Positions 45,538 through 56,212 of a DNA stretch of 64,000 nucleotides are shown here, piece after piece. Location of the stretch: the IMG/VR virus record IMGVR_UViG_3300027747_002221, positions 62,001-126,000 of that record. One strand, 5' to 3'. The first letter of the stretch is position 1. The number at the start of each line of letters is the position of its first letter. The translations under genes and the position numbers were made by a program. The notes under the pieces were generated by a model that saw nothing but the letters and a program-made list of their open reading frames with translations, had not been told where the DNA came from and ran no database searches.

Positions 45538-47102
45538 ATTTCAATTCTAATAAATTTACTATTTAAATCTATAACCATTTTACCGTCAGCTGAACTAAAA
45601 ATTCCTGATACTATATTGCCGGCATTTTGAGATATTTCTGATAATGTATTTGCAGTTACAGCTGTTGCGGGTATTGAAGCTGAGGCCAATTCTCTAGAAG
45701 TAATAGAACCAACCTGCAATCTAGATCCTGGAATAGAATTACTTGCAATCTCTCTTGATGTAATTACTCCCGCCTGTATCTTTGCAGATGTTATACTATT
45801 TGCTGCAATTTTTGTCGCAGTTACTGCCTCATCTTGTATCTTTGTTGAGGTGATAGTATTATCTTCTAATTTACTACCTGTAATAGTATTTGCCAATATC
45901 TTAACTGCAGTTACAGAACTATTTGCTAATACGTTTGTTGTTACTTGTCCTGCAGATAATACAATATTAGTTATAGTATTTGCTGCACCTGGAGTAAATA
46001 ATGTCCAAGATGTTTTTGTTTCATTTAATATATAAGTTCTTCCCCCAACAATTATTAAATCGCCTGCATTATAATATGTTACATCTGCAGGTAATGTCGC
46101 AAGAGTTCTAATACTTGCAGTGCCTGTATTTGCAGTATATTGGGGAATAGTTTTCCAGCCACCATCATATATGTACAAACCAGTACCTGTTACCCTAAAT
46201 AACTCACCAACATTTGCAGATGCAGGCAATGTTGCGCCAGATGTTATACCAGATCCCGTATTTGAAGATGCTCCTGTAATATAGTTGCCTAAATTTTTCC
46301 ATTGCCCTGATATAAAAATATACGATGTTGTTCCGACTACAACAGTTCTTCCAGAATAATTACTAGCATCTCCTACTGCGGGCAAGCTAACCAAAACATC
46401 TAAACCTGCAGGTGCACTTGATGTAATTATGCTGGATAATGTTCTCCATTGTCCAGATAGATACAAGTAAATTGCAGCATTGCCTGTTTCGTAAAATGTT
46501 GTTCCTTCAGGAGCATTACTTGGTTTAACCAAACCAATGGATAATGCTTGATCACCTCTAAATCTAACCCATCGTGAGTCTGACCCCGCGGCTCTAGCAA
46601 TTGTGGAATCTGCACTTAATCCCGAACCATTGCCTATGGGATAACTAGTATATGTCCAAATATCTCCTAGATAATATGCAACTCTACCTTCATAATTGCC
46701 TACTGTTGGTAAAGATGCTACTAGGGGTAATCCTCCGATATTTCCATTTAATATCCCTCCAGTATATGCTGCAATACTAGCATCAACATATCCTTTTGTA
46801 GATAATTCTGCATCCAACCATTTAATAGTTCCTGCTTCATCTAATATTAAATGAGGCGTACCATTAATTGTAAACCCTATTTTACCTGTACCCGCATGGT
46901 ACATACCTGTGTTAGTATCACCATCCCATGAGTATCCGGGAAAATCCTGAGTATCAGATATGTAAGATTTATACTGTCCGCTATTATAAACAGCATTGAA
47001 ATTTGCATTAACCTTTATAAAGGCTTCTCGTAAAACGTCGCCGTCTCCTGCATTTGCAGCTGAACCCACGTTTACGTTTGATAAATTTGTTGTATTTGGC
47101 AT
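45534..47102 (-). CDS. Tail fibre / baseplate-attached fibre protein
   Basis: gp9/10-type N-terminus NVG..AN.G.GD.LR.AF.KVN.NF; LP..G..Y....W repeats; 10-aa (S/A)IT..KI repeats. Confidence 0.78.
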   Translation of the reverse strand: MPNTTNLSNVNVGSAANAGDGDVLREAFIKVNANFNAVYNSGQYKSYISDTQDFPGYSWDGDTNTGMYHAGTGKIGFTINGTPHLILDEAGTIKWLDAELSTKGYVDASIAAYTGGILNGNIGGLPLVASLPTVGNYEGRVAYYLGDIWTYTSYPIGNGSGLSADSTIARAAGSDSRWVRFRGDQALSIGLVKPSNAPEGTTFYETGNAAIYLYLSGQWRTLSSIITSSAPAGLDVLVSLPAVGDASNYSGRTVVVGTTSYIFISGQWKNLGNYITGASSNTGSGITSGATLPASANVGELFRVTGTGLYIYDGGWKTIPQYTANTGTASIRTLATLPADVTYYNAGDLIIVGGRTYILNETKTSWTLFTPGAANTITNIVLSAGQVTTNVLANSSVTAVKILANTITGSKLEDNTITSTKIQDEAVTATKIAANSITSAKIQAGVITSREIASNSIPGSRLQVGSITSRELASASIPATAVTANTLSEISQNAGNIVSGIFSSADGKMVIDLNSKFIRIEI

Positions 47103-47106
47103 GGCG

Positions 47107-47313
47107 TTAACTTATCTTAAGATGATTTTTAATTGTTGCAAGTTCTTCTTTCAATATATTTATTTCCTCTTGCATTGACTGAATTTGTTTTTTTTGCTTT
47201 TGTTTATTTTTATATTCTTGTAATGCGCCATGATCAGTATTTAATATGGCAGATGATTTAGAATCTTTAACATATTCTGAGTAACCTTCTATTGGTAAAT
47301 ATTCGTGTTGCAT
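47107..47313 (-). CDS. Small conserved hypothetical protein
   Basis: IEG....VKD..S.AILN.D...Y, coiled-coil tail; usual neighbour of DUF4815 genes. Confidence 0.7.
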   Translation of the reverse strand: MQHEYLPIEGYSEYVKDSKSSAILNTDHGALQEYKNKQKQKKQIQSMQEEINILKEELATIKNHLKIS

Positions 47314-49031
47314 TAAATTACGGCAGAAGCAATTAATGATTTTAATTTAGGAGGATATAAAGGATCATTTGCATAGAATACTACTTTAATTTGATATGTC
47401 GCAAAATCTTTAAATTTAGCAGTTAGGTTATTATCAGTACTTGTGTATGATAAGAACGGATCTAAAATTTTGTATTTTTCTATATTAAAAATATCTTTAG
47501 TTCCTGAATATGTTTTTGCACCAGGAAATGTTAACGGCATTTTAGTAAAAGGTCTATCATTTATACCATTAGATACAGAACGATCATCTCCAGAAAGAAC
47601 TCTACAGAATACTTCAATATCTGAACCAATTGGTCTACTGACTTCCAAAACAACTTCAATACCAGTTGAATCAAACCCATCCAATAATGTTACAGGCTTT
47701 GAAATATATTTGCATTGCGCTGTTCCGCCCGCTGGTCTTAATTCGCTTTGAGATATGTCATACGAATACGGAGTAATATATGTTTTATATAATTGGGTAC
47801 CTATTAGATCTCTATCTAAAATTGGGGTAACATCTTTATTTTTAGAAGTTAAAGATACTTGAAGTGTTATATCACCCCCAGCTTGCGCAACCATTAATCC
47901 TGATAAATCTGCATTTAATCCTGGCTTAATGGATTTATAACTTGATTTTAATCTGGATCCTGCCGTTGTTGTGGATAATTTATAATCAGTAAATGCAATA
48001 TCTGCTAAACCCACAGTTGTAGCTAATAATCTAAAACGATCATATTCTATTCCTGTAGTGTCCGAAACAGATTTCATTTCTATAGTAACAGTTCCGGTAT
48101 CAAATACCGCTTTTTTTAAAACAAATGTTAAGTCTATACTATCACTAGCAACCCATTCTCCAGTATTTTGCGGAAGATATAATTTTCCAGAAAATGGTTG
48201 TTTTACAGTTTTACCATCTCCTGCTTTTGCTGCAAGTAATTCATACTTATTAGATTTTGTAAGTACACAAAAGGCATATGTGCCAGGGCGCAAGAAAAGA
48301 GGATGATCAAATTGAAAATTAGTTGCTGGAGCAGAACCAGTAGTTCCATCGTATACGTCAATGTATGCAGGATCAACGACTACAAATGAACCAGTAATAT
48401 ATTCTGTTAGTGAGGGGACTCCATTAACAACGGGTCTTATTTCTATTGCTATAGGTAGTGTTGCATCTTTTTGATATAGGAATAAAGATACCCCAGTTAA
48501 ACATAATCCTAACGGATATACAGTTTCATCAACAGTAAATGTTTGAGCAAGTGGATCTAATTTTAATTGAGATACATCTGGACCTACTGCATTTCCTGTT
48601 GGATTGGTTCTGATTCTCGTATTTTGCCTTAACGATGCTGTATCTTTTTCTACAGTACTAACAAAATCTAAACCATAGTTATAAAATATTGATTCTGAAA
48701 TGTATTTGCAATCAGCAACACTTGTAGGAGAATCGCCAAATGTTAAAATAAGTTCACCCACTAAAAATTTAAATTTAGTATTTGGATCACTAGGAATATA
48801 CAAATATCCTGTAGCAGTTCCTAATTGGTTTGTTACTATAGGTTGTCCTACCTGTGCTGTTACTAATACGGGCGCGCAAAATTCTGATATGTTGATATCA
48901 TTGCAATATACGTATATTCTAGTATTAGGTGGCATCTCCAACACTGCAAAACTCATTAATTGTGCAGCGGAATAAATGGGGGTATTATTCAATGCCGAAG
49001 TTTGTATTGCGCTTAGATTGCTTATAGCCAT
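47313..49031 (-). CDS. DUF4815/VrlC-like structural protein, C-terminal half
   Basis: P.TR.Y, DPLAQTF.V, LTGV.LF, DL.F.L..A.F, KYISK.V.L, F..YQIK.V. Confidence 0.75.
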   Translation of the reverse strand: MAISNLSAIQTSALNNTPIYSAAQLMSFAVLEMPPNTRIYVYCNDINISEFCAPVLVTAQVGQPIVTNQLGTATGYLYIPSDPNTKFKFLVGELILTFGDSPTSVADCKYISESIFYNYGLDFVSTVEKDTASLRQNTRIRTNPTGNAVGPDVSQLKLDPLAQTFTVDETVYPLGLCLTGVSLFLYQKDATLPIAIEIRPVVNGVPSLTEYITGSFVVVDPAYIDVYDGTTGSAPATNFQFDHPLFLRPGTYAFCVLTKSNKYELLAAKAGDGKTVKQPFSGKLYLPQNTGEWVASDSIDLTFVLKKAVFDTGTVTIEMKSVSDTTGIEYDRFRLLATTVGLADIAFTDYKLSTTTAGSRLKSSYKSIKPGLNADLSGLMVAQAGGDITLQVSLTSKNKDVTPILDRDLIGTQLYKTYITPYSYDISQSELRPAGGTAQCKYISKPVTLLDGFDSTGIEVVLEVSRPIGSDIEVFCRVLSGDDRSVSNGINDRPFTKMPLTFPGAKTYSGTKDIFNIEKYKILDPFLSYTSTDNNLTAKFKDFATYQIKVVFYANDPLYPPKLKSLIASAVI

Positions 49032-49035
49032 TTTT

Positions 49036-52000
49036 TTAAATTCCTATTAGTGAATAATTTACAGATTTATATCCATTTGGTTGTACTTGTACAGCATTTG
49101 GATATAATTTTTCAACTTCGTGGGCCATAAATCCAATATGTCTACCTAATCCAGCTAATGGATGATTTTTAAATTCTGGTTTATATTCAAATGAATATAA
49201 ATTTAATCCTGGTATTACTTGGTTTATAAATTTAACTTTTTCTTTTGTTCGAATATCTGAGAAAATGTTATGTACATAATCATCAAAATCTGATCCAGCA
49301 TCGGATATAGCCCCTCCAATACCAGATATAACGTCTCCCACGCTATCTACAGTATCGCTTATAAGGCCTACAACGTCAACCCCTGCAATTTGTAGTACAG
49401 CAATAACTGCAAGAGCAGCCCATACATATGGGTTAGCAAGAACCACGTTATACACCCAAGCACTCGCAACACTAATACCAGCAACTACCGTATTATATGC
49501 CGCGGCTACTGATAATCCAATAGCACCTGCTGTTAGACTTGCCGTGATACCTAAAAGCGCAGCTCCACCAAAATAATAATATGTAGTTAATGCAGCAAAT
49601 CCAAGTACAAGAGTTAGTAATAAATTAACTCCGAAAGAGCTTTTTTTACCTAACTTAGATCTACCTCTTCCATTATTAATGCCCCCGGGATTTGGATTCA
49701 CATAATGATTAGCTTCTAATTGACTTGTAAATATTTCCTCAGAGTATTTTGCAGTAATTATTCCATCGTTAATACTATAATTAGTAGCCGAAGTTATTTC
49801 TAACGGCATATCTGTTGCTGTAAATAGAGGAGAACATATACCAGCTCGAACATCAAAAGCACATAAGAAATCTTGGTTAGTTAAATCTGATTTGGAAAAA
49901 TCTGTAAAGTTTTCTATGAGTATACCGGTCTTTAATAAATTATCACCTGCATCATTTAAAACTGGATTTTTAAGATTTGCAATTTCCACACTATGTATTC
50001 TAACTTTTCTGTTTAATGATATTGTTGCTCTTTGTAACTTGTTAATGTCGTTCATAGTAAAACGACGACTGTCCTCATATACAATTTTTACATCAAAAGA
50101 TGAAGTGGCATATGGAGGAATATATAGTGTTGCTATGGTAAGTTTTAATTTATCCTGATAGGAGTCTGCGGTATTTCTTGCATTATTTGCTTCAACACCT
50201 CGTTCCACATATAATCTACTATATGGATTTTCAAAATTTCTTGAATCTGCGGTAACATATAATTTATCTATTCTTGCAAGAAAATATGTTACATCTGCCT
50301 CTGTATTTACTGCAGAGGTTGGAAAAATTGCAGTTTCAAAGTTTAGATATTGGCTTCCATTAACACGTTTTGGTCTAAAATCTAAACAATCTCTTAAGTT
50401 ATATTGTTTTGCATCTATTACAGAAGTATATGCATAAATTTTGGTATTTGCTGGATATGAATTCACAGTACAGGGTCCCTCTCCTGCATGAGTAAAATAA
50501 TCATATGTTATTAAAACATTGCCTGGTAAAGCGGCCGATGAACCTACGTATTGTACATATCCATGATCATACCAACCATCTTTTTGTCCGTTTGATAATA
50601 TCCACAGACTACTAGTAATATCTGTTAATTCTGTCCAAGTATTTGCTCTGGTTACAGCAATATTTGAGCTAGGTATGCTTGCTCTATAGGTAGAACCATT
50701 ATCAACTACAACATCATTATATGTGTAGCTTACATTGGATTGCCAATTTCCCTTAAATTTGTCGGAGGTATTTAATTTAAAAATCCCATTGTAGATTTCA
50801 ATATCTGCAATATTAGTACTATACTTATAATCCACAACATTAACATTTGCAAACTGATATGCATTCTTTACTCGAGTTTTAATTCTAGGAGGAAGGGCGT
50901 TGGATTCTACAACATATTCAATATCAGCCACGCCTGTAAAAGTTGCATCTCCCAAATTTACTGTCAAAATTGTAGAGTCTTGAGAAATTGTAGCAGTACC
51001 TCTTTCAAAATTCCAAACGCCTAATGGGACATTTGCAGTTGCGCCTGTTCGTATGGCAATAATAAAATTGACTCTTGCAGTGCTTGGATTTACCACACCA
51101 TCACCTAATGCAAAAGTTTCAGGATCAGTTACACTTTTACTAAATATGCCTGCAGTAAATATTGCGCCCCGAATCGTTTTATTATATGTTGTTCTTAAAT
51201 TGTCCACAGATTTAACCGAAGTTTTTGGTATACGAAATACTAATAAATCCGATGATCTAGGATCTGAAATAATTAAATTATTTTGAGCATCTATTGCGGA
51301 AGCTGCAACATTTGCATAAAATATTGGATCAGTATATGTCGCGCCGGTATAATGGGATGTTTGGTTATTTGCTACACCAATAATACTCTTAACCTGATTT
51401 ACATTTAATAATCCATCTATAAATGGACTGCCGTTATTAAAAGAAAGAAATGCTTTAGTATTGGATAACATTCTGGCACTATCTGAATTTGTGGGAGTAG
51501 CTAATAGATAGTTAGCAAATCTTGATTTTGTTTTTTCAATATCCCGGCCATCCAACCCATGCCATGTATTATACCAAAATGCTACCCCGCCGGAATCTGG
51601 TTCTCTATACAATGCAAAACACGGTGTACTAGCAACGCCATACTTCCCCAATAACGTATTAGCAGCAGGCGAAGAATATAATACGTTTGCAATATATTGG
51701 CCATCTGCAACAGATATACCATACTCAGCACTCCATGCTGCCCACGTAAGTGGTGCTTCAATTACGGGGGAATAATAATGGTAAAATAATTTAAATTGTG
51801 TTTTTGAATTAGCGCCCAAGGAACTATCATACTCTAAACTTTTAAATAATAATGTTCCTACTTTTGTGTTTGCAGAATTTGCCGAGGTTGGATTTGTGAC
51901 ATTATGTACTTCTAAATACATTTCTCCCTGTACTTTGGTTTGTATTATTGGTAATTGCATATTACTGCCAGCATAATTAAGATCAGTTATTTTAATATAA

Positions 52001-53370
52001 TTACCTTGTGATGTAGTAATATTATATCCTGTTTTAGTATCAGTTGCAGTTACTTTAGGTAAAGATATTTCTGTACCAGAAATAGTACTTATCTCGCGCC
52101 CTGCAACATATGCCCTACCGCTGGATACATTAAACAATAGTGTATCATCCTCAACAGATCCTGTCGGAGTAATGGTAAATGGTTTAACTACGTAATTACC
52201 AGATTCATCAAATGTTCTTTGTTCTATTTGTTGTTGTATTTGACTAGATACTGTTGTTTCAGGCACATATTCAATTAACCCCTTATTAAAAACGAGCAGA
52301 GGTATAATTATTTGTTCTGTGTCTGCTTTTCTATTAATATCCATATCAAAACTTGTTAAGGATAAATCAATTTTTAATCTATCTGCCCCTGTTGCAAAAT
52401 AATTGGAACTACCCAAAGCAGGATCTAATAGGGATACATCATCATCGCTTGTAATTATTTGTTCTGTAACATATAGGCCAATAACTTTAGAAGGATAAGA
52501 TGTGTTTTTGTCTGGGACAATTTTTTGTCTGGGACATTTAACTAAAAACCCATTTTTATAAAAATAAGTTTCATCTTGGGTTACTATTGATGATGGGCAA
52601 GTTGATAATTTAGTAAATTGAATATTTTCGCCAGAAAATGATGTTGCTGGCGTTTCGCTTATAGCATACTGTGTTTGATTAATTATTTCAGTTACATAAA
52701 TTGTTTTAGTTATATTTGGATGTACAACTAAATCTCCAACCTCAATAGATGTACTAGCAGTGGATATATTAATTATTTTGGAAAAAGGTGTGCAAGTACC
52801 TATTGCATTTTTAACAATATTATTTTCTACAACCGAAACCAAAGACGTTGTTATACCATTTAATGCCTGAGAATAGGTATCATGAAAATATAAAGTATCG
52901 CCTTCTGCAAATATTCCATTATTTGTAGTGTTATACCTTTTTAAACTTATAACAACCGATGGCAGATCATCTATTACAGGGTCATCTTTTTCATATACAA
53001 ATTCAACATACCCCACAATTTCAGAATTTAAACTAGTAACATATTTTTCTAAACAATCGTCCAATGTTATAGGTTGACCTATAGTATTTCTGCCTGTTAT
53101 CCTTACAGTACGTACATCTAAATTTACACTTGGTTTAGATCCCGTTACTTTTTGACCGTCACTAAAAAGATAATCACCTACTCTTTTAATTTGATTCTGT
53201 AATATGGTTTGCGTTTGTGTTAATTCTCGAGATTGAACAGCCACTCCCGGTTTAAACAATACGCGGTGAAAGTTTTTATCTTCAGAATAATCATCAAAAT
53301 ATGGAGTAACTTTAGTTGCTTCGGGTGTAGCTAAAGCAGTTACTAAATTTAATGTTGCAGTCGTTGCCAT
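49036..53370 (-). CDS. DUF4815/VrlC-like structural protein, N-terminal half, ending in a hydrophobic segment and a peptidase-S74 chaperone domain
   Basis: PYFDDY..DKNFHRVLFKPG.AVQ.RELTQ.Q.ILQNQ, GADRLKI, RTFDESG.Y, DFRP, R.TM.DI..L; C-terminal SDIRTK...GFMAHEV...V.Y. Confidence 0.8.
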   Translation of the reverse strand: MATTATLNLVTALATPEATKVTPYFDDYSEDKNFHRVLFKPGVAVQSRELTQTQTILQNQIKRVGDYLFSDGQKVTGSKPSVNLDVRTVRITGRNTIGQPITLDDCLEKYVTSLNSEIVGYVEFVYEKDDPVIDDLPSVVISLKRYNTTNNGIFAEGDTLYFHDTYSQALNGITTSLVSVVENNIVKNAIGTCTPFSKIINISTASTSIEVGDLVVHPNITKTIYVTEIINQTQYAISETPATSFSGENIQFTKLSTCPSSIVTQDETYFYKNGFLVKCPRQKIVPDKNTSYPSKVIGLYVTEQIITSDDDVSLLDPALGSSNYFATGADRLKIDLSLTSFDMDINRKADTEQIIIPLLVFNKGLIEYVPETTVSSQIQQQIEQRTFDESGNYVVKPFTITPTGSVEDDTLLFNVSSGRAYVAGREISTISGTEISLPKVTATDTKTGYNITTSQGNYIKITDLNYAGSNMQLPIIQTKVQGEMYLEVHNVTNPTSANSANTKVGTLLFKSLEYDSSLGANSKTQFKLFYHYYSPVIEAPLTWAAWSAEYGISVADGQYIANVLYSSPAANTLLGKYGVASTPCFALYREPDSGGVAFWYNTWHGLDGRDIEKTKSRFANYLLATPTNSDSARMLSNTKAFLSFNNGSPFIDGLLNVNQVKSIIGVANNQTSHYTGATYTDPIFYANVAASAIDAQNNLIISDPRSSDLLVFRIPKTSVKSVDNLRTTYNKTIRGAIFTAGIFSKSVTDPETFALGDGVVNPSTARVNFIIAIRTGATANVPLGVWNFERGTATISQDSTILTVNLGDATFTGVADIEYVVESNALPPRIKTRVKNAYQFANVNVVDYKYSTNIADIEIYNGIFKLNTSDKFKGNWQSNVSYTYNDVVVDNGSTYRASIPSSNIAVTRANTWTELTDITSSLWILSNGQKDGWYDHGYVQYVGSSAALPGNVLITYDYFTHAGEGPCTVNSYPANTKIYAYTSVIDAKQYNLRDCLDFRPKRVNGSQYLNFETAIFPTSAVNTEADVTYFLARIDKLYVTADSRNFENPYSRLYVERGVEANNARNTADSYQDKLKLTIATLYIPPYATSSFDVKIVYEDSRRFTMNDINKLQRATISLNRKVRIHSVEIANLKNPVLNDAGDNLLKTGILIENFTDFSKSDLTNQDFLCAFDVRAGICSPLFTATDMPLEITSATNYSINDGIITAKYSEEIFTSQLEANHYVNPNPGGINNGRGRSKLGKKSSFGVNLLLTLVLGFAALTTYYYFGGAALLGITASLTAGAIGLSVAAAYNTVVAGISVASAWVYNVVLANPYVWAALAVIAVLQIAGVDVVGLISDTVDSVGDVISGIGGAISDAGSDFDDYVHNIFSDIRTKEKVKFINQVIPGLNLYSFEYKPEFKNHPLAGLGRHIGFMAHEVEKLYPNAVQVQPNGYKSVNYSLIGI

Positions 53371-53379
53371 TTGTTTTCC

Positions 53380-54678
53380 TTAAAATTCTATTACAAGGTG
53401 TAAATTATCTGTCTGTTCTGTTGTTCTAGTTATAGGAGACTTATTTTCTATGTAAAGAATATCGCCTTTGTTTTTCATTACTTCGGGATACAATAAATTT
53501 GAAACTGTTGCTATTGCCCCTGATGTTTTTCCTATAATAGTTTCGCCGGGAATAAAACTACTATAATTACTTGTTAAATCAAAATTTTGAATAAATTTAA
53601 CATAACCATTTCCTCCAGTTATATTAGACACAACTACGTAGGCATTTGCGTTACTAAGCCCGCCTTGTACATATTCATACTGGTTAAAATTGTTAGATGC
53701 AGATCTTAGTGTTATACCTGATAATGCATTTAGTGTTGTTGATGTAGAAACTAATCCATTTGCATTTATTGGGTTCTTTACAATGCCCAATATGCGATAG
53801 GAAAAACTTCCAGGGAAATCTCCAAATCCTTCGGTATAAGTTGTCTTGCAGTTTATCATTAACAGACTTGCATTTAATTCTAAAACAGGATCATACCCAT
53901 GTCCATATTGAGGACTTATTACTGGTTGTATGTTTGCATATCTTCCACTACCTGTATTATCTATTAATCTTCCTGTTGCATATCTATAATTTATTCCCGT
54001 ATTATAGTAAACAACATCATACAATACACCTAAATCTATTTTAGGTGCGACTGAAATAGATGAACCATCACCATCAATTACTATAACAGATGTGGGATCG
54101 TAACCAAATCCAGTATTTAATATTTTTATGTTTTCAATTGCTCCAGGGTTTGCACTTGAAATCACAAGATCATCTGATAATACCGGCATCCATCTATTAG
54201 TTAAGAATTTTAACCTATCACCTATACCTATGGAATACATATATTTCCAACGGTATCCATCGGATAGAGTTACTATATCTAAACTATTACTCGTTGGCTC
54301 AATTATAGATTGCCGATCATTATTATTATGTATACATTTATATACATTAAATTCAGAATTTATAACATAAAAAGATTTACTAAAAAGATCTGGATCTAAA
54401 TTATCATATGCCGCATATGTTGTAAATTTTTCCCAATTTATTCTTTTAACGACATGCGCAATATCCAACGGTACTATTCTTTTTAAACTTATCATCTCGT
54501 CCCAAGTTCTGGCAGTATCCAAAGAATAATCTAGCGGATTAGGTACCGTATCATTTTCTGACCAGGGCGACGGCTTAGATAAAAATAAGTATAAAGAATT
54601 TCCTGAAGTCAAAGACACTTCGTTTTTAAAATTCTTAGCATTATCTATTCTTAATTTATTGGTTACTATATTAGGCAT
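53380..54678 (-). CDS. 8: Baseplate wedge gp8
   Basis: FYV.NS..NVYKCI.N, DGY.WKYMY, GHG.DPV.EL, GDILYIEN..PI.R...Q. Confidence 0.9.
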   Translation of the reverse strand: MPNIVTNKLRIDNAKNFKNEVSLTSGNSLYLFLSKPSPWSENDTVPNPLDYSLDTARTWDEMISLKRIVPLDIAHVVKRINWEKFTTYAAYDNLDPDLFSKSFYVINSEFNVYKCIHNNNDRQSIIEPTSNSLDIVTLSDGYRWKYMYSIGIGDRLKFLTNRWMPVLSDDLVISSANPGAIENIKILNTGFGYDPTSVIVIDGDGSSISVAPKIDLGVLYDVVYYNTGINYRYATGRLIDNTGSGRYANIQPVISPQYGHGYDPVLELNASLLMINCKTTYTEGFGDFPGSFSYRILGIVKNPINANGLVSTSTTLNALSGITLRSASNNFNQYEYVQGGLSNANAYVVVSNITGGNGYVKFIQNFDLTSNYSSFIPGETIIGKTSGAIATVSNLLYPEVMKNKGDILYIENKSPITRTTEQTDNLHLVIEF

Positions 54679-54685
54679 CTATTAT

Positions 54686-56212
54686 TTATTGTGGGTTATT
54701 TTGTAAAGAGACAATATCTATTACTAAAGGATACTCGCCCGTAGCATTGATATAAGTAACATTGCTAATATTAAAGAATCCAAGTGTACTATCTATTGTA
54801 GTTGTGGAAAAAGTAAAAATTTCAGAATCATCAGGGGAATTTACACTAACATCATTAATATAATTTGGATCAGTCTCATTATTTATTTCACTAAATAAAG
54901 CAAATCCTGCAGGATGTAGTACTGTTTTGACAGATTCTTTCCATTTATCTATTGATAATGATGACCGTATTACATATGAAAACGGTTGATATAATACCAA
55001 AGATTGTTCTGTAGCATCTAGAGATTTGCCCTGCAATACCATAGCGTCAGATATCTGTCCGGTTGTATCTATCCAATATCCAGGTTTATTTGATATTGCT
55101 CCAACATTTGCTTCCAATATAGCTTTTTCTAAAAATGATAACGTCACATTTCCAGATGTTATTTGATTTGGTTGTATTAAAATATTTCCAGAATCAAGTA
55201 TACTTATTATATCAGAGGAAATTGGATCGTATAAACTGTCGGGGGTTGCTACAAGATAAAAATATTCTGTTGGTTCAAATACAAAATCATCTCTTAAATT
55301 AAAAGTAACACTGGCAACATTTGCCGAACCGACTGTTGCAAGAGGAGGAAATGTTCCCAAGAAAGATGTTAAATTACTAAAATCTTCTATTGATGGTGAA
55401 ATTATTTGTCCTGTTGCCAAAATAAAAGGTTGTGGTACTATTTGATACGTAACATTAGATCCTGCAGGAATATCAATACCTTCTATAGTAAAAGTTATAC
55501 TTTCACCTTCTCTTACTTTTGTTTTATTTGTTGTTATTATTAGATATCCCGAATTTTCCTTTGATGTATCTAATATTGTTGTTGTTCCGCTTACAACCAA
55601 AGAATATGCAAACGTTGGATATAACAACATTGCTATATTTTCAGTTCCTTCAGTTTTACGATCTTTAATTGTTGTTAAAGTAATACTTGCTATAGTATCA
55701 TAACTAGAATTAGCAGTAAAAGTTAAAACACCTGTCAGTGCAGTATTGTATATGTCTGATGCTTGGATGCCGTAAATTTGATACGCAACATTAGATCCTG
55801 CAGCAACATTTTCTCCTCTTACAGTAAAGACAACAGAACTGCCTTCAGCTATAGATGCAGAATTTGTGGTAATGTAAAATTGAGCAGTTGCATTAGATGG
55901 TGTAGATGTATCTAATATTGTAATACCTATACTTTCTGTTCTACCAGTTCCTGTTAATCTAAGTATAAAGGATTCAGTGCCTTCTGTTTTTAAATCTTGA
56001 GCGAGATTTAACGTAATTGTACCTACCCCATTTCTTATAAGAAAATTACCCGTAAGATTAGCTAAAGATAAAAAATCATAGGAGGAGATGTTCGTACCTG
56101 ATATAATAAATGGTACAAGTGTTCCGTTAGGTAGACCCGTATTACTTAAAGTAATAGTTACAGAAGATCCTTCTGAAACTATTGAATTACTATAACTTAG
56201 AGAATATGCCAT
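54686..56212 (-). CDS. gp7-like baseplate wedge C-terminal part with three Ig/Calx-beta-like repeats
   Basis: 3x EG.S..FT....N....Y.I.G repeats; YQPFSYVIRS......W...VK..LHPAGF. Confidence 0.7.
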   Translation of the reverse strand: MAYSLSYSNSIVSEGSSVTITLSNTGLPNGTLVPFIISGTNISSYDFLSLANLTGNFLIRNGVGTITLNLAQDLKTEGTESFILRLTGTGRTESIGITILDTSTPSNATAQFYITTNSASIAEGSSVVFTVRGENVAAGSNVAYQIYGIQASDIYNTALTGVLTFTANSSYDTIASITLTTIKDRKTEGTENIAMLLYPTFAYSLVVSGTTTILDTSKENSGYLIITTNKTKVREGESITFTIEGIDIPAGSNVTYQIVPQPFILATGQIISPSIEDFSNLTSFLGTFPPLATVGSANVASVTFNLRDDFVFEPTEYFYLVATPDSLYDPISSDIISILDSGNILIQPNQITSGNVTLSFLEKAILEANVGAISNKPGYWIDTTGQISDAMVLQGKSLDATEQSLVLYQPFSYVIRSSLSIDKWKESVKTVLHPAGFALFSEINNETDPNYINDVSVNSPDDSEIFTFSTTTIDSTLGFFNISNVTYINATGEYPLVIDIVSLQNNPQ

